DNA of 64,000 nucleotides, taken from Amoebophrya sp. A120. Its lineage: Eukaryota; Protista; Dinoflagellata. Location: contig CAJINV010000001.1 in assembly GCA_905178155.1 (NCBI GenBank), forward strand, positions 3,029,675 to 3,093,674, written 5' to 3'. Shown here in pieces: positions 1-11,529 of this stretch. The first letter of the stretch is position 1. Each line of letters starts with the position of its first letter. Below the pieces are notes generated by a model. The model made no database searches and was not told the DNA's origin. It saw only the letters and a program-made list of their open reading frames with translations. Made by a program: the position numbers and the translations under genes.

Positions 1-240
1 CGGTGGCCGGACAGCCCAGAAGGCATGCGCGCACAGCCGCGCATAGGAATTCGCGCTGCTCCCGCTGGTGCCACCGAAGGCCGCCAATTGGCACACGGAA
101 CGAGGGCGCGCGCGTCAGGGTAGAAGGGGCACAACCTGAAAAGGCCGGGGCGCTCTTGGGCCGCCCTTTCGTGCTTTTCTGCCCCGTTAGTTGCCGTTTT
201 GTTTTCATTTGGTCGGCGTTTAGGAGCCTTTTTCTTTGCT
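1..240. mobile_element. End of a GC-rich decayed repeat/TE relic (truncated by window edge)
   Basis: Visibly GC-rich, no credible ORF, composition similar to 2871-4878 and 45970-47350. Confidence 0.3.
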
Positions 241-305
241 AGGCCGATTTGTTCCTAACATTCTGCATCATCATGTTGTTGTGGTCGTACGAGAAGTGCT
301 ACGAC

Positions 306-1026
306 CTACAACAAAGCGGTGCCGTTGATCGCCGGAGCGTCATCGACAGAAGCTTCCTGGGACACGTCGCAGGGCATGATCATGTAGGACAAAGCGGAGT
401 CGATCCAGTAGTTGTCGCCCTTCTTATCGGCGGTGATCTCCGTGCACGTCGTGGAAGGCTTGCCGCCATCGCACACACCAACCTGGGAGATTTATAATTC
501 ATTCAAATGGATACAAATGGACATCAACGGAACAAGTATTGTGCCAGGGTTCGTGTTCCAGTGCTCATCCAGCATCAACGCGTACTGCTATCGCTTTCAA
601 CACGCCCGACAACTCAAATGATCAAGGAACAACAAGCCGTAATTATAATTAATACGCATTGAACTTCTCGTAGACGTACTGGATGATTTTTGACAACGTG
701 TTATCTACGTGATCTAGTACCTCGACGTTGTGCGGGTCCTTGGCTAGGCAGTCGTTGGGCAGGTAGATGACGACCTTCATGTTGACGCCGCAAACCTTCA
801 CGGACTCGAGCTTGTCCACCCGGCTGGTCTTGTAGCAGGTCTCCACGCTCTTGGATCCGCCCGCGAGCTCCGAGCCGAAAATTTCTTCCCCGTTGAACGA
901 AATTTTGTCGGACAAAGCGGCAACTTGGTTTTTGGTTTTGCTGTTGCGCATTTCCCGCAACTTGTGGAGCAGAGCGCTGCTGCCGTTGATGGCGGTGGAG
1001 AGGAAGAAGACGGTCTTGAGCATCAT
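306..1026 (-). CDS. Small putative secreted Cys-containing protein (160 aa), 2 exons (1026-721, 482-306)
   Basis: MMLKTVFFLSTAINGSSA signal-like start; GTAC...CAG intron 720-483 joins HNVE|VGVCDGGKPSTTCTE in frame; TAG at 306-308. Confidence 0.7.
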
Positions 1027-1346
1027 CTTTGCGGGGGATTGGTTCTTTTTTTGGTATCGCAAACGGCGAGACAATGAACTCTAAAGTTCAAAAGTCAAAG
1101 ACAAAGTAATAAAGAACGCTTGCGTGGGCAGAGGAGTAGAGCGAATCGATATGAAACTTAAAGCACGAAGACCGGTCCAGGAAGCTACAGTTTGAGAGAA
1201 GATAGTTGTGGGACTCGCCGAGATGCAGCAGCAGAAGCAGATGATGATGTCGGGCTTTGAAAACAAAAGTTGTGATGAACACCGAATACAAATCTGTTCA
1301 TTGATGTATCAGGCTAGATGTACAAAGAAAAAGCGTGCACAAATAA

Positions 1347-2582
1347 TACACCCAGAAACAAATCTGAAAATCGGTCCAATCGAACACCGCAAGCAGCAAG
1401 GGGTTTGTAGCGATTCAAGCTCGAGAGGGCTAATCTGACTTCATCCATGCTGTCAGCCTGAAGCAATTAGCAATTCAAAAAATCCACCATTTCCCGAAAA
1501 CGGGAACCACCCAAAGCTGGCAGATTACAAACAAAACCGATGGACTTTTCGCTTTTTTCTCACAGCAAAACTGTACCACCCAAAGCGGACCGAAATGCCA
1601 AAAGGCAAAATGTCTAAGCTGTCACTCTAAAAGTCAAGCGCTTGACAGAAAATTCCTACCGAAGCTATTATCAATAAGTGAGTTGCAGCACTGGTGAGAC
1701 CGAACAAAAGCTTTAACTTGCTTGCGATGTACCTACGTAAAATGAAACAAAAGACACTACTCTGCAGAAGGAAAAAGCAAATCTTTGCCTACCGCTAAAA
1801 CAAATAAAATCGCAAACATAAGGCTGCTAGTATGTACTAAGATAGACTACACCACAAAACACACACTATCACTTTCCACTTCATGCGCTGCCCCGTGCAA
1901 TCCGCTTCACACCGTGTGCGCCCACAAGCGGTTTCGTGTCGGGTTGTGTTGGGCACGTTTGCCGGACGACTGGCGCTGGGCGCGGGGGGGTCAATCGTCC
2001 GAGGCAACAGAGAATAGGTATAGGCCATGCGCGTGGCTTCCTCGTGGATGTAGGCAGTCCGGGCGCCATGAGTTTGATAGCTACGACTGGGGGGCTACAA
2101 TGGCTAAAACTATAGCTACACTAGATGAAACAAAGCGCATACAGGGATGCGCGACCTCCTACCAAAGCAAATACGCAGTCACGACTCCAAACCGTGAGAG
2201 TTGGCTAACCGTGCCGCTAAAAATACACCCAGAAACAAATCTGAAAATCGGTCCAATCGAACACCGCAAGCAGCAAGGGGTTTGTAGCGATTCAAGCTCG
2301 AGAGGGCTAATCTGACTTCATCCATGCTGTCAGCCTGAAGCAATTAGCAATTCAAAAAATCCACCATTTCCCGAAAACGGGAACCACCCAAAGCTGGCAG
2401 ATTACAAACAAAACCGATGGACTTTTCGCTTTTTTCTCACAGCAAAACTGTACCACCCAAAGCGGACCGAAATGCCAAAAGGCAAAATGTCTAAGCTGTC
2501 ACTCTAAAAGTCAAGCGCTTGACAGAAAATTCCTACCGAAGCTATTATCAATAAGTGAGTTGCAGCACTGGTGAGACCGAAC
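1347..2582. mobile_element. Non-autonomous element with ~367-bp direct terminal repeats (TRIM/Penelope-pLTR-like)
   Basis: Apparently identical repeats at 1345-1711 and 2222-2588; flanked by 18-bp direct repeat AAAAGCGTGCACAAATAA at 1329-1346 and 2583-2600; no credible coding capacity. Confidence 0.8.
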
Positions 2583-2870
2583 AAAAGCGTGCACAAATAA
2601 GTAAAGCAAATCCAATCAAGCCAAATTCCTTCAATTGCTTCCTGAGCACCACTGACGGAACATTCCTTCGTCTGAACCGTGTAGAAGATACGCAGAAGCA
2701 GCTTGCTCCTGGCTGACATGCAAGACCAATAGGTGTGACCGGCACTGCTCCCTCATCCACAAACCGCAAGCGCAACGGGAGCGGGACGCAGCGCACTGCT
2801 CCTGTATAAGGCAGACTGCCCGAGATCGGGCGCACAACACAAAATCTTGTTGAGCGAAACACAGTGAAAC

Positions 2871-4878
2871 TACACCCTAGGAACACTCGCCCACAAGGTG
2901 AGACACTTCGCCTGTAGCTGTAGATGTGTGGGCTATGCCCGTCAATGAGGGCTGCTAGGTATGCATGTAAATAATCTTGCAGCAGTTGCAAGCAACGCGG
3001 CCGCGCCAAAACATAACTCAAGCCCCGGGATGGCGGCGCCACGGAAAAGGGCTGGCAAAAAAGCAGAAAAGCTCGGGCGATACAGACGCCCCATGTCCTC
3101 CGGGCGACCAGAACCAGCGCCCATCGTACGGTCGAGCGCCCTGGCAATCGTGCGCCGAATGCCTTGGCGGACCTCTCTCGGGCGGGCCCCACCCACAATC
3201 AATCCACAAGAGGCTTGCCAGGCACGCACAGGGGCAGCCAGGAGGAGCCAGACCACCAACAAAGCCGCAATCGGCACCCGGGCCACCCAATGGGGCCGGG
3301 CGGCATGCGGAGGGGCCGGCAAAGCGAAACGACCGACGGGCCCCCCCTGGCCGCCCGCCTGCAAACGGCACAAAGAAGGGCGCTCACGTTTTTGGCACGG
3401 TCGGGCCGGCATTTGCGGAACCGGTGGAACCGTGGGAAAGTAAGACGTCCTTGGCGTTTTTGATAGCTTCATCTTCCTACGGCTGATGGCCGGCGCTCCT
3501 CCGCCCGGTGTTACACCCGCGGCGTCTTTGATATGATACGGGTTGCCGTATAGCGTCGCCCTATCGATAAGGATGCAGTTTTGCGGGCCGGGACATCCAC
3601 GCACCGCGATGCCCGACGGCACACATCGCGCGCGTGGCCTCGTCGTCCTTCCAATCGAATGACTCAAGTCGAGTGTCTTGATAAAAGGCAAAGGGCGGCG
3701 CCACACCCTCCCCCCGCCCCGGGGGCTGCGCGCCCAGGAAAGTCCTGCGCTGCCTTCGCGAGGCGGCTCGCCCCCTGCTTCTTCTAAGCTTCTGCCGCCG
3801 CCGGCATCAATCACCCCGCCGGCCGGAACTGGAAGCCAGAAGGACGAAAAAGCGGGCGCCCCTTCCGCGCGCCCCTCTTCTTCGCTTTCCCCGCCGGCGT
3901 CCCGCCGTCGCCCCACCGGGGGCGGGCGCCATCGGTCGCCTAGGTAGCCGCCCGGCGGAAGGCGGCGGCGCCGGCGCACTTGGGTGACGCGGGGGGGTAT
4001 TCAGCATGTCGGCGACGGCCGCAACACGGGCGACGGACCGAACCCCCGGAATGGGGGGGCGCGCCCCCATTCCGTGCCAAATGCCGTCGGTCCACGGACG
4101 TACTCCAGGGCAGTGGCCTTCATGCCCGCCCGGGCCCCAAGCACTGGCGCCCTCCTTGACATGCAGCCGGAGGCGTTATTCAGGCGGGCCCTTGATGTCG
4201 AAGGAGGAAGGTGGCCACTGTTGTACAAAGCCCGTCACTGCCGGCGAAGATAACGCCGCAACCCTTCCTATGAGGGCCACAGACGGGAAGCCTCAAAGCT
4301 TCGCAGGTACCAAGCGCATAGATTTTCGGCTTTTGCATTCCCGTCGTTCTCCCCTGGCGCGGGCCCAATCCCGCACGGGGTAAATAAATGACAGCAAGCC
4401 CGGGGCGTCGAGCGGGCGGGCCCGCTGCCTCCCTGCCTCCGGTAGGCCCTTGCGGCGCCGCGCGGGCACGCGGCGGCCGCCATCCCAGCAAACCGGCCAA
4501 GCGCGCCCGCCCCATACTTAGCCGGCGGGGCCACAGGGCTGCAGGCGCCGCGAATGTGGCGCGTTTCGGCAAATTCCTCCGGACACACCAAACACCCGCC
4601 GCGCCAACAGTTTAGTGCTTAAATGCCGGACGGACTTCAGCCGGGCGGCCCAATGGCGGCAACTGCCAAGGCGCAAGCAGTTCGCGAATGCCCGGCCGGC
4701 AAACGCTGAGCCCCTTCATTGCGACGCGCTGCAACACACTCGCCCACCAGGAGGCTACCCGCACCGGTTTCCACCAATAGGAACGCCGCGCATAACTGCC
4801 GCACTGGCCCTGGCCGAAGCTATTATCAGCACGCTGGAAATGATCGGGATATTAAGCATTGCTGTGCGCTTGGGGTAG
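2871..4878. mobile_element. GC-rich degenerate transposon relic with DUF4326-like and hAT-dimerisation-like fragments
   Basis: Sharp composition shift; minus-strand CILIDRATLYGNPYHI (~3530-3580); plus-strand frameshifted RWPLLYKA...TLPMRATDGKPQSFAGTKRIDFRL (~4205-4335); boundaries approximate. Confidence 0.4.
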
Positions 4879-5147
4879 AGAACACACAAGATAGAAGCTC
4901 CTCGCAATTTTTTTGGCCGAGCTTGCAGCTTTTTCAGTCGCGCACTTCTTCGCACTCAGTTTCTTTTGTTCTAGTTTATCAATCACAACACTTTCATTTC
5001 CTCCATCCAATACAGCCTTTGTGTTTCCTTCCTGAAAATAATGCGTGCACAGGTGTCTGTAAAATCTTCATCATGTTCATGCTCAGGTTGTGGTCATGTC
5101 GACGACATCGACCACAAACACATTACAGGGAAAGCACGCCAGCCTCT

Positions 5148-8100
5148 CTACGCCACGGCCGGATCAATGACCAGATCTTCGATCCCCTTCGAAAGCGTGA
5201 TCTGCCCGTCCACCAACATCCACTGTTCCGTGCACACCTTTTTCACGAACTCGTTGCTGTGCGAAATGCAAATCACGCCGCCCTTGAACCGCTGCAGCGC
5301 CAAGGTCAAAGAGTCCAGCGTCTCCATATCGATGTAGTTTGTCGGTTCGTCCAGTGCGATGACATGGGGTTTGGTCCAGAACGCTGCGGCAAGCGTAACT
5401 TTCGACTTCTGCCCTGCTGAAAACATTCCAATGTTCCTGTTCAATACTAGTTCCTCCGTTAAACCGAATTGTTCGAAATGCTTTGTAATTTCCCGCGCTG
5501 ACAATGGTCGCTGGTCAATCTGCGCGGTCTGTGCCGCCATCCGGTCGTCGTAGGCTAGCGCGTACGCCTCGATGCCGAGCAGCCGGAGCTTTTCTAAGTT
5601 TTCCCATGTGTTCTGTTTGGCATCGTCCAAGTTTTCCCAGCGGATCTCGTACCAGGGCTCCTTTCCGCGCATCTGCCTCCCAACCACATCATGCACCATG
5701 TTCCCGTATTTTCCGTGCTTACGCGCGCGCTCTTTTCGGTCCTCCAACTCTTCAGGGGATCTGAAGTTCGTACAACATGTAATTGAGTTTCTACTGTCTC
5801 TCGCACGGCCAACTCAATTACGTAGCACGCAAGTCATCACATCATCGTGTAACCGAGGTTACGCGATGGTAAGCTCGTTGCACAGAAAGAACAACTTCAA
5901 AAAGCTCTAATAATACCTGGGTAGTTTCAACCGGTCTTGGTAAGCCTGATCGTAGCCGTTTGCAAACCGCTTCTGGATGTAGATGTAGGGCGTGGTTTGC
6001 AAAAATTCCTGTAAGTGGAACATGTGATGCTGCGCTAGGTACGCCAACCGGCAGTTGCGGTGCTTTGCACACGTGCCTGCCTGCGGCACGGCCGATGCGT
6101 TCGCGTGGATCTCGCCGCAAATCAAATTCATCAACGTGGACTTCCCCGCCCCGTTCTTCCCGCGGATGGCGACGCGGGAGTTCATGGTGACTTTCTGCGA
6201 AATCCCCTTCAACACTTCTCCCTTCTCGGTGTTGTACGCGAAGCGCAAATCCTTGATCTCAATGACCGGCTTCGCCAGACTGGTCAGCCCCTGCACTTTC
6301 CCGGGAATCGGAAACACGATTTTTGCTTTTCTGTCCGGCGCTGCGGTCGTGCTCGTGCTGTCCTCGGACATCGCACTCGCGATCGAACTCGTCTTCGCCA
6401 TCGCGGAGGACTGCACGGAGGCGGTTTTCGCCAGTGCCTCGTCCGTAGTTTCCCCAGCTACTAATGGCGATTCCACCCCGCCGTCCCGGTTTCCCGCAGC
6501 TTGGGACGCCGGGGGTTCAGAGCTAGAAGTACCTCCGCCACCCAGAGGCTTTGTCACTGTTGTCATTGGGGATACCCCCGTCGCTGTTGACGGGGACCCT
6601 TCCCGCTGCACAACCGCAGTTCCGTTGGCGCCGCCCGACACTTCGATTTGTCCCGCGAGCAGCTCCTCGGCGTCCGCGTCGTTCAGGTTCAATTTTTCCT
6701 TGAAAGCGTCGAAATTCCCCTCGTAATACACCAACTTTTCGTTGGCGTAGTTGATGATTTTCGTACAGACCCGGTTCAAAAACAGCGGGTCGTGCGAAAT
6801 GACCATGATCGCAGTCTTATGTAACGACACGAGGTAGTCGCACAACCACTGGACAGCGGTGACGTCCAAGTGGTTCGTCGGTTCGTCGAGAAGCAACACG
6901 TCGGCGTGTTTCATCATGGAATTCGCGATCAGTAGCCGCATCCGCCACCCACCGGACAGCTCCCCAATCGCGACGTTCCACATGTCCGGCGGGAAGTGGA
7001 CCGCGGCGAGGGACTTCTCCAGTTCCTCCTTTTTCGCCGTGGGGTGCTCGTTCTTGATCCATTTCACGCACGTCACTTCCAAAAAGTCCTGCAGCACTTC
7101 CGGCTTCACGTGGACGCACTGGAGATCCGCAGGGATTTGCGACACACCGCCGGAAGCGATCAGGTTCATCAGCGTCGTCTTTCCCGCACCGTTCCGGCCC
7201 ACAACGCCGTATCTTTGGCCTTTCCGCAACTCGAAGATTGTATCTTTTAACAGCAAGTGGCCGCCACCGTACATCAGCATAAGGTTGTCCACCCGGCAAA
7301 TCAAATCCTCCCCGTGGTCAACATCACTTGCATCTTGCTCGTACCCTTCTAACGCTTTTTCAATGACTTCCTGTTTCACCATCCCGGATTGGAACAGCGG
7401 GTCGGTGGACAGCGCGGTGGTGATTTTCTCCACGCACAGATTTTCCAGCAGGAAGCTGAGCAGGGAGCTCTTCGCAAAGGGGCGGAGAAGTTGCTCGTCA
7501 AACGCGCCGAGGTTTTCATCCAGTACTTTCGCCGCTTGCTCGCCCAGGGACATCTGGGTTGGGCGTCGGGGGAGATTGGTAAGAATGGTGTCAATCTGCT
7601 GGATGGTGGCAGGGTCGGGAATTTTGTGACTGTTCAAAGAATCCCAGGGAATATCCACGAACACGTTGTCTTCCTGTTGTATTTTTTGGTTCATCTTGTT
7701 GTGATGCTCATGTTCTTTTACTTTTGTAATTGTATCGTGCTGATTGCCTCATAAATGCGCGGAGAAAAAAACCGGTGTGCCTATTCTTGTCTACGTGGTA
7801 TGTCTTTTACGTTTCATCTACTATACCGGATTCAAATTCCCACTGTTCAGCAGTTCCTTCGCAGTTTCCGACGTCTCTTCCCCCTCGTCCAGCACTTCCG
7901 CGAGACACCGCTTCGCGCTGTTTCTCTTGTTTTCGTTCGCGCTTTTCTGCATTTCCTGCAAGGTTGCCATCAACACCGGCAAAGTTTCCCTTTTCGCCTT
8001 CTGCCCGGATTGGATCCCCTCCTTCCACATCAGGCCGCATTGCCGCCGCACCGCCGGGTCCTCGTCGGCCCGACCGATCAGGAGCAGTAAAACGAGCTGG

Positions 8101-11100
8101 TAGCGGACTTTTAGCGAAGCGGAGGTCATGGAGAGGTTATGGAAGTGTCAGAATCGAAATTGACAAAATCGAAAAATTTCTGATGCACAAAATCGATGTC
8201 AGTTCGAGCCTCAGTTTCCAAGTAGCGCGTGACAAATTTCGGGAGCACCCAAATCCAGTCTGTCATGCTGTATGGGCAAAGAAGACTGCTCCTGTCGTGC
8301 TACTCTGGCAGCACATTGTATACCCCTAAACAGGCTTGCAATCGGTCTCATTTGCCTGCTCCCCAATACAGGCCTTCGGTGCCCTACATTTTACGCATCA
8401 CAAATTTTTCGATTTTGTCGATTTCGATCCTGACACATCCATAGAGGTAGTCTTGGCCGTACTTTTTCATCTCCGCGATCTTTTCCGCCTGCGCCGCGAC
8501 TAAGTCCATCGCCATCTCGTATCCTGTGCAAAAGTATCGTACTCGTACTAATTGCGTTTATGCATCACAATTTTTTTCTTAAGGCAAATCCGCATTACAA
8601 ATTTAATTTGTAATGCTAAGCCAATTTGTTATGCAATTTATACTAGTACGATGCTTTTGCAATGCATATCTCGCGCGCTTTTGCAATGCATTCGAAGGTG
8701 AGCACCGCCTCCGCGAGCGGGGGGAACAGGTCGGCGAAACGGGTGCCGCCAAACCTGCAAGGGAAAGGGTAAGGGTTTGTGAAGGCATTAGCATTGCGAA
8801 ATCACTGCACAACCGCAACAACCTGTAAAAAGTTAAAGTTGTATCCAGCACGCAGCAGCACGTGATAAACGAAACTGTCCTGGGAGCTCACGATGGAGAA
8901 AAGATGAAATGAAAATGAAAATTATGTTGAAAATGGAAATTTAGTAATACTCTTGAATGACGTCTTTTCCCGCCTGACAGGCCCTCTCATTCACCATGGC
9001 GTCCTCGTGCGTTAGGTTTTTCAGCACTGCGCACTATCCTGTGCAAAAGTATCGCACTCGTACTGATTGCAAATATGCATGACCAATCTCCTTCCTGAGG
9101 TAAAACAGCATTACAAATTCGAATTTTCTTGTTGCCAAAATTTGTGATGCAATTTATACTAGTACGATACTTTTGCAATGCATACACACCAGGCCTGGTC
9201 GACGTACCTTTCGAAAATGTCTGCTTTGCAGAGAAACGACACCGCCCACAGGGCGCCGTCGCGCTGGCGCGGGTTTCCCGTGAGTAATCTTGGAATCAAC
9301 ACGTGGTAGAAGACCGGCGCAAACAGCGGCGCCACCTGGTTCAAGACCTCTGACAGGGAGTGCCCAGCGCCGGTTCGGTCGTTCAGCGCCTGATGCTGGT
9401 CGGCGTCATTGGACTCTAGTTTGCTTAGAAGCCACGGGAGAATTCTCGTTTGGAGGAGATCCGGGAGATGCTTGGAAAGCGTTCCAAAGGCCTTCGCGGC
9501 CTCGCGTTGAATTTCAAAGGTCGGGTCCACTGCGAGTTCTTCCAGCTGTGGAATTTTTTGAAATAACTGGCGTATCTTTTTCATGCTCATCAGCTTCATG
9601 ATTCTAGACCGTGTACGCAAAGTGAAAGAACTTGCAGCTTGGCTGTGTAGCAAGAATGAGCAACATGAATGGCAATGAGAAGGCAAAAAACTTCGTTCAA
9701 TCGCAGCTTACCGTTGGCAAGAGCGCGGGCAGGTAGCTCATCAAAACATCTGGGTGCTCGATCAGGATGACGCACGCGCCGACGATTTGGATGCCGTTTT
9801 TCTTCGCATCGTGCTATCGCAAGAAAAAAGTGTTACAGTTACACATTGTGTTGTAGGCCGAGCAAGGCAGACAAGCTCTGTCATGCCGGATATGCATAGG
9901 AGCCTCGTTGCATAGGTGTTTTCCTTTTCATTTCCCGTAGCAGGGTCTGGGTTTCTGCATTACAAGTTTTTTCGCTCATGCAGAGAAATTTGTGTTAGTG
10001 TTGCTGAATTCACTACAAATGTGTAACTGTAACACTTTTTTCGTGGGATACGTGCTGTCTCTCCTTCATGGCTCGGTGGACAATTGGGAAGAGCAGGGCG
10101 AAGGACGCTGCGTCGACGTAGTGGAGAAACGTGGTGTTCTATGCAAGAAAAAAACTGTCTAAGTTTCTTGAGGAATAGCATCACAAGTTTGGGTTTGCTC
10201 TGCACGACACAGAAAACCTGGCATGCGTACTTAGGAGCAGCTAGTACTTGAAAACACGTACGAAAATAGCCTCTGATGTATGTCCAGCATGACAAGTGTA
10301 TACAGTTTTGCATTTTCTGCAAGACAAAGTTACACTTACACAGTTTTTTTTCTTGGATATGTTCGCGATTTTGTACAGTGTCTCGTTTGCGAGCTTCATG
10401 TTGCCAAAATCGAGCAGGCAGGAAATCAACGCCGGGGCCATGGTTCGGATCTCCGGGCATGTGACAATCTCGCCGACGCGGGTCAACAGCTTTGTGCCCT
10501 GCTCTTTCAATTCACCGCGCACTTCCGAGACTGCCCCGCGCAGAACAGGGACGATTTGGGGCAAAAAACTCGCCATCTGCTTGGGACAGTGTTCGCGCAG
10601 AAGATCGAGAATGGTCCCGCAAAGATCAAGGGCGACAAGCTGTTGAAGTAATATATTTGTGATGCTACAGGGTCTGCTTCAGTGCAAAATAATTTTGGGA
10701 CTGGATTTGCTATACTACAATCAAAAACAAAGATAAACAGCCGAAAACCTCCTACCTTGACTTTCCATTTCGACCCTGGCGGCTTTTCAATCGCGCCGAG
10801 TATTACCGGCAAGAATGCTGGCAACGCGTTTCCCCGTCCCGACTGCAGCACTGCCTCCAACACCTTCGTGACTTGGGCCGCGAGCTTCCCTTCGTGCGAT
10901 AGAGCTAGCAAGTCCAGATATACGGTCGACATCAGCGACGTGCAAAACGCAAGCTGCTCACAGACACTAATCGCGTTCGGAATCGCGTGTGGGGGTTTTT
11001 TCGTGGCTAGTGCCGTATTTATCTTCGCCGCGCTCGCGAGCACCAGATCCTTTTCGGAAACGGACCGCGCCATGGGTCCCAGGGCTTCCAAGTCCTTCTT

Positions 11101-11529
11101 TGAGCCTGTGTCAAGGATCTTTTGGATCTTATCCACCACCTCCTGCAAGCCAGCCTCTATTACCACCGGCGCTGGTGCGGGTTTGGTCTTCCCATCTGGC
11201 AGATCGGGCGTGGCAGACGTACTGGACGCCGCCGTCGACGCCCCTTCCTTGGAAGACGGCGTACTTCCGTTCGCGAGAGCTGCGCCATTGGCCGCTCCGT
11301 CTCCTGTTGGAGCGGCGGGTGCGGCTGGTTTACTGGCTTCATCTGTCTGCACGAGCTTCAGACACGCTTTGTATTGCGGTCCGTCTTTCAACTTTGCAAT
11401 TTCGTCCTGCAGCCCCTGTCGCTGCCGGGCGAATTTCTTCCCGGACAAGGACCCGCATTGCTCCAGCTTGTCTTTAATCTGCCCTTCGATCTTCGCAACA
11501 TACTTGTGGCTGTCTTCCAAAGAAAGCAT
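5148..11529 (-). CDS. YEF3: Elongation factor 3-like ABC-F ATPase (GCN1-type HEAT repeats, 2 ABC domains, chromo-like insert), ~1502 aa, 11 exons
   Basis: Walker A GRNGAGKTT and GKNGAGKST; LSGGWRMR and FSAGQKSK signatures; LDEPTN twice; YEIRWENL chromo-like segment; HEAT segments such as TTFLHYVDAASFALLFPIVHRAM. GT-AG introns 5761-5916, 7674-7826, 8755-8950, 9546-9711, 10640-10755 plus 5 introners; spliced length 4509 nt is in frame. Confidence 0.85.
8138..8443. mobile_element. Introner/MITE family B (306 bp), non-canonical intron in EF3-like gene
   Basis: ~55-bp TIR TATGGA(A/T)GTGTCAG...; TSD GAGGT at 8133-8137 and 8444-8448; removal gives GQDYL|SMTSASLK. Confidence 0.92.
8520..8668. mobile_element. 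Introner/MITE family A (149 bp)
   Basis: TATCCTGTGCAAAAGTATCGTACT...AGTACGATGCTTTTGCAATGCATA; TSD TCTCG at 8515-8519 and 8669-8673; removal gives IAKARE|MAMDL. Confidence 0.92.
9035..9184. mobile_element. Introner/MITE family A (150 bp)
   Basis: Same TIRs as 8520; TSD CGCAC/CACAC with 1 mismatch at 9030-9034 and 9185-9189; removal gives DQAWC|AVLKNL. Confidence 0.88.
9815..10050. mobile_element. Introner/MITE family E (236 bp)
   Basis: TIR TATC..A.GAAAAAAGTGTTACAGTTACACATT; TSD CGTGC at 9810-9814 and 10051-10055; removal gives MKERQH|DAKKNG. Confidence 0.92.
10140..10359. mobile_element. Introner/MITE related to family E (220 bp)
   Basis: TIR TAT(G/C)CAAGAAAAAAA(A)CTGT; TSD TGTTC at 10135-10139 and 10360-10364; removal gives YKIAN|TTFLHY. 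Confidence 0.9.

Noticed and set aside
1345-2588. Hammerhead ribozyme or classical LTR retrotransposon; ORF 1785-2315
   Set aside because: No CUGANGA/GAAA core found by eye, no TG...CA ends or primer-binding site; the ORF has no recognisable gag/pol motif
8520-8670. Alternative 4-bp TSD TATC for the 8520 element
   Set aside because: It selects an upstream frame with no HEAT-like sequence that is incompatible with the 8755 acceptor; the 5-bp TCTCG fits the family rule
8133-10364. EF3-like gene as a transposon-disrupted pseudogene
   Set aside because: Every insertion removes cleanly and the exons contain no stops or frameshifts; total length stays in frame
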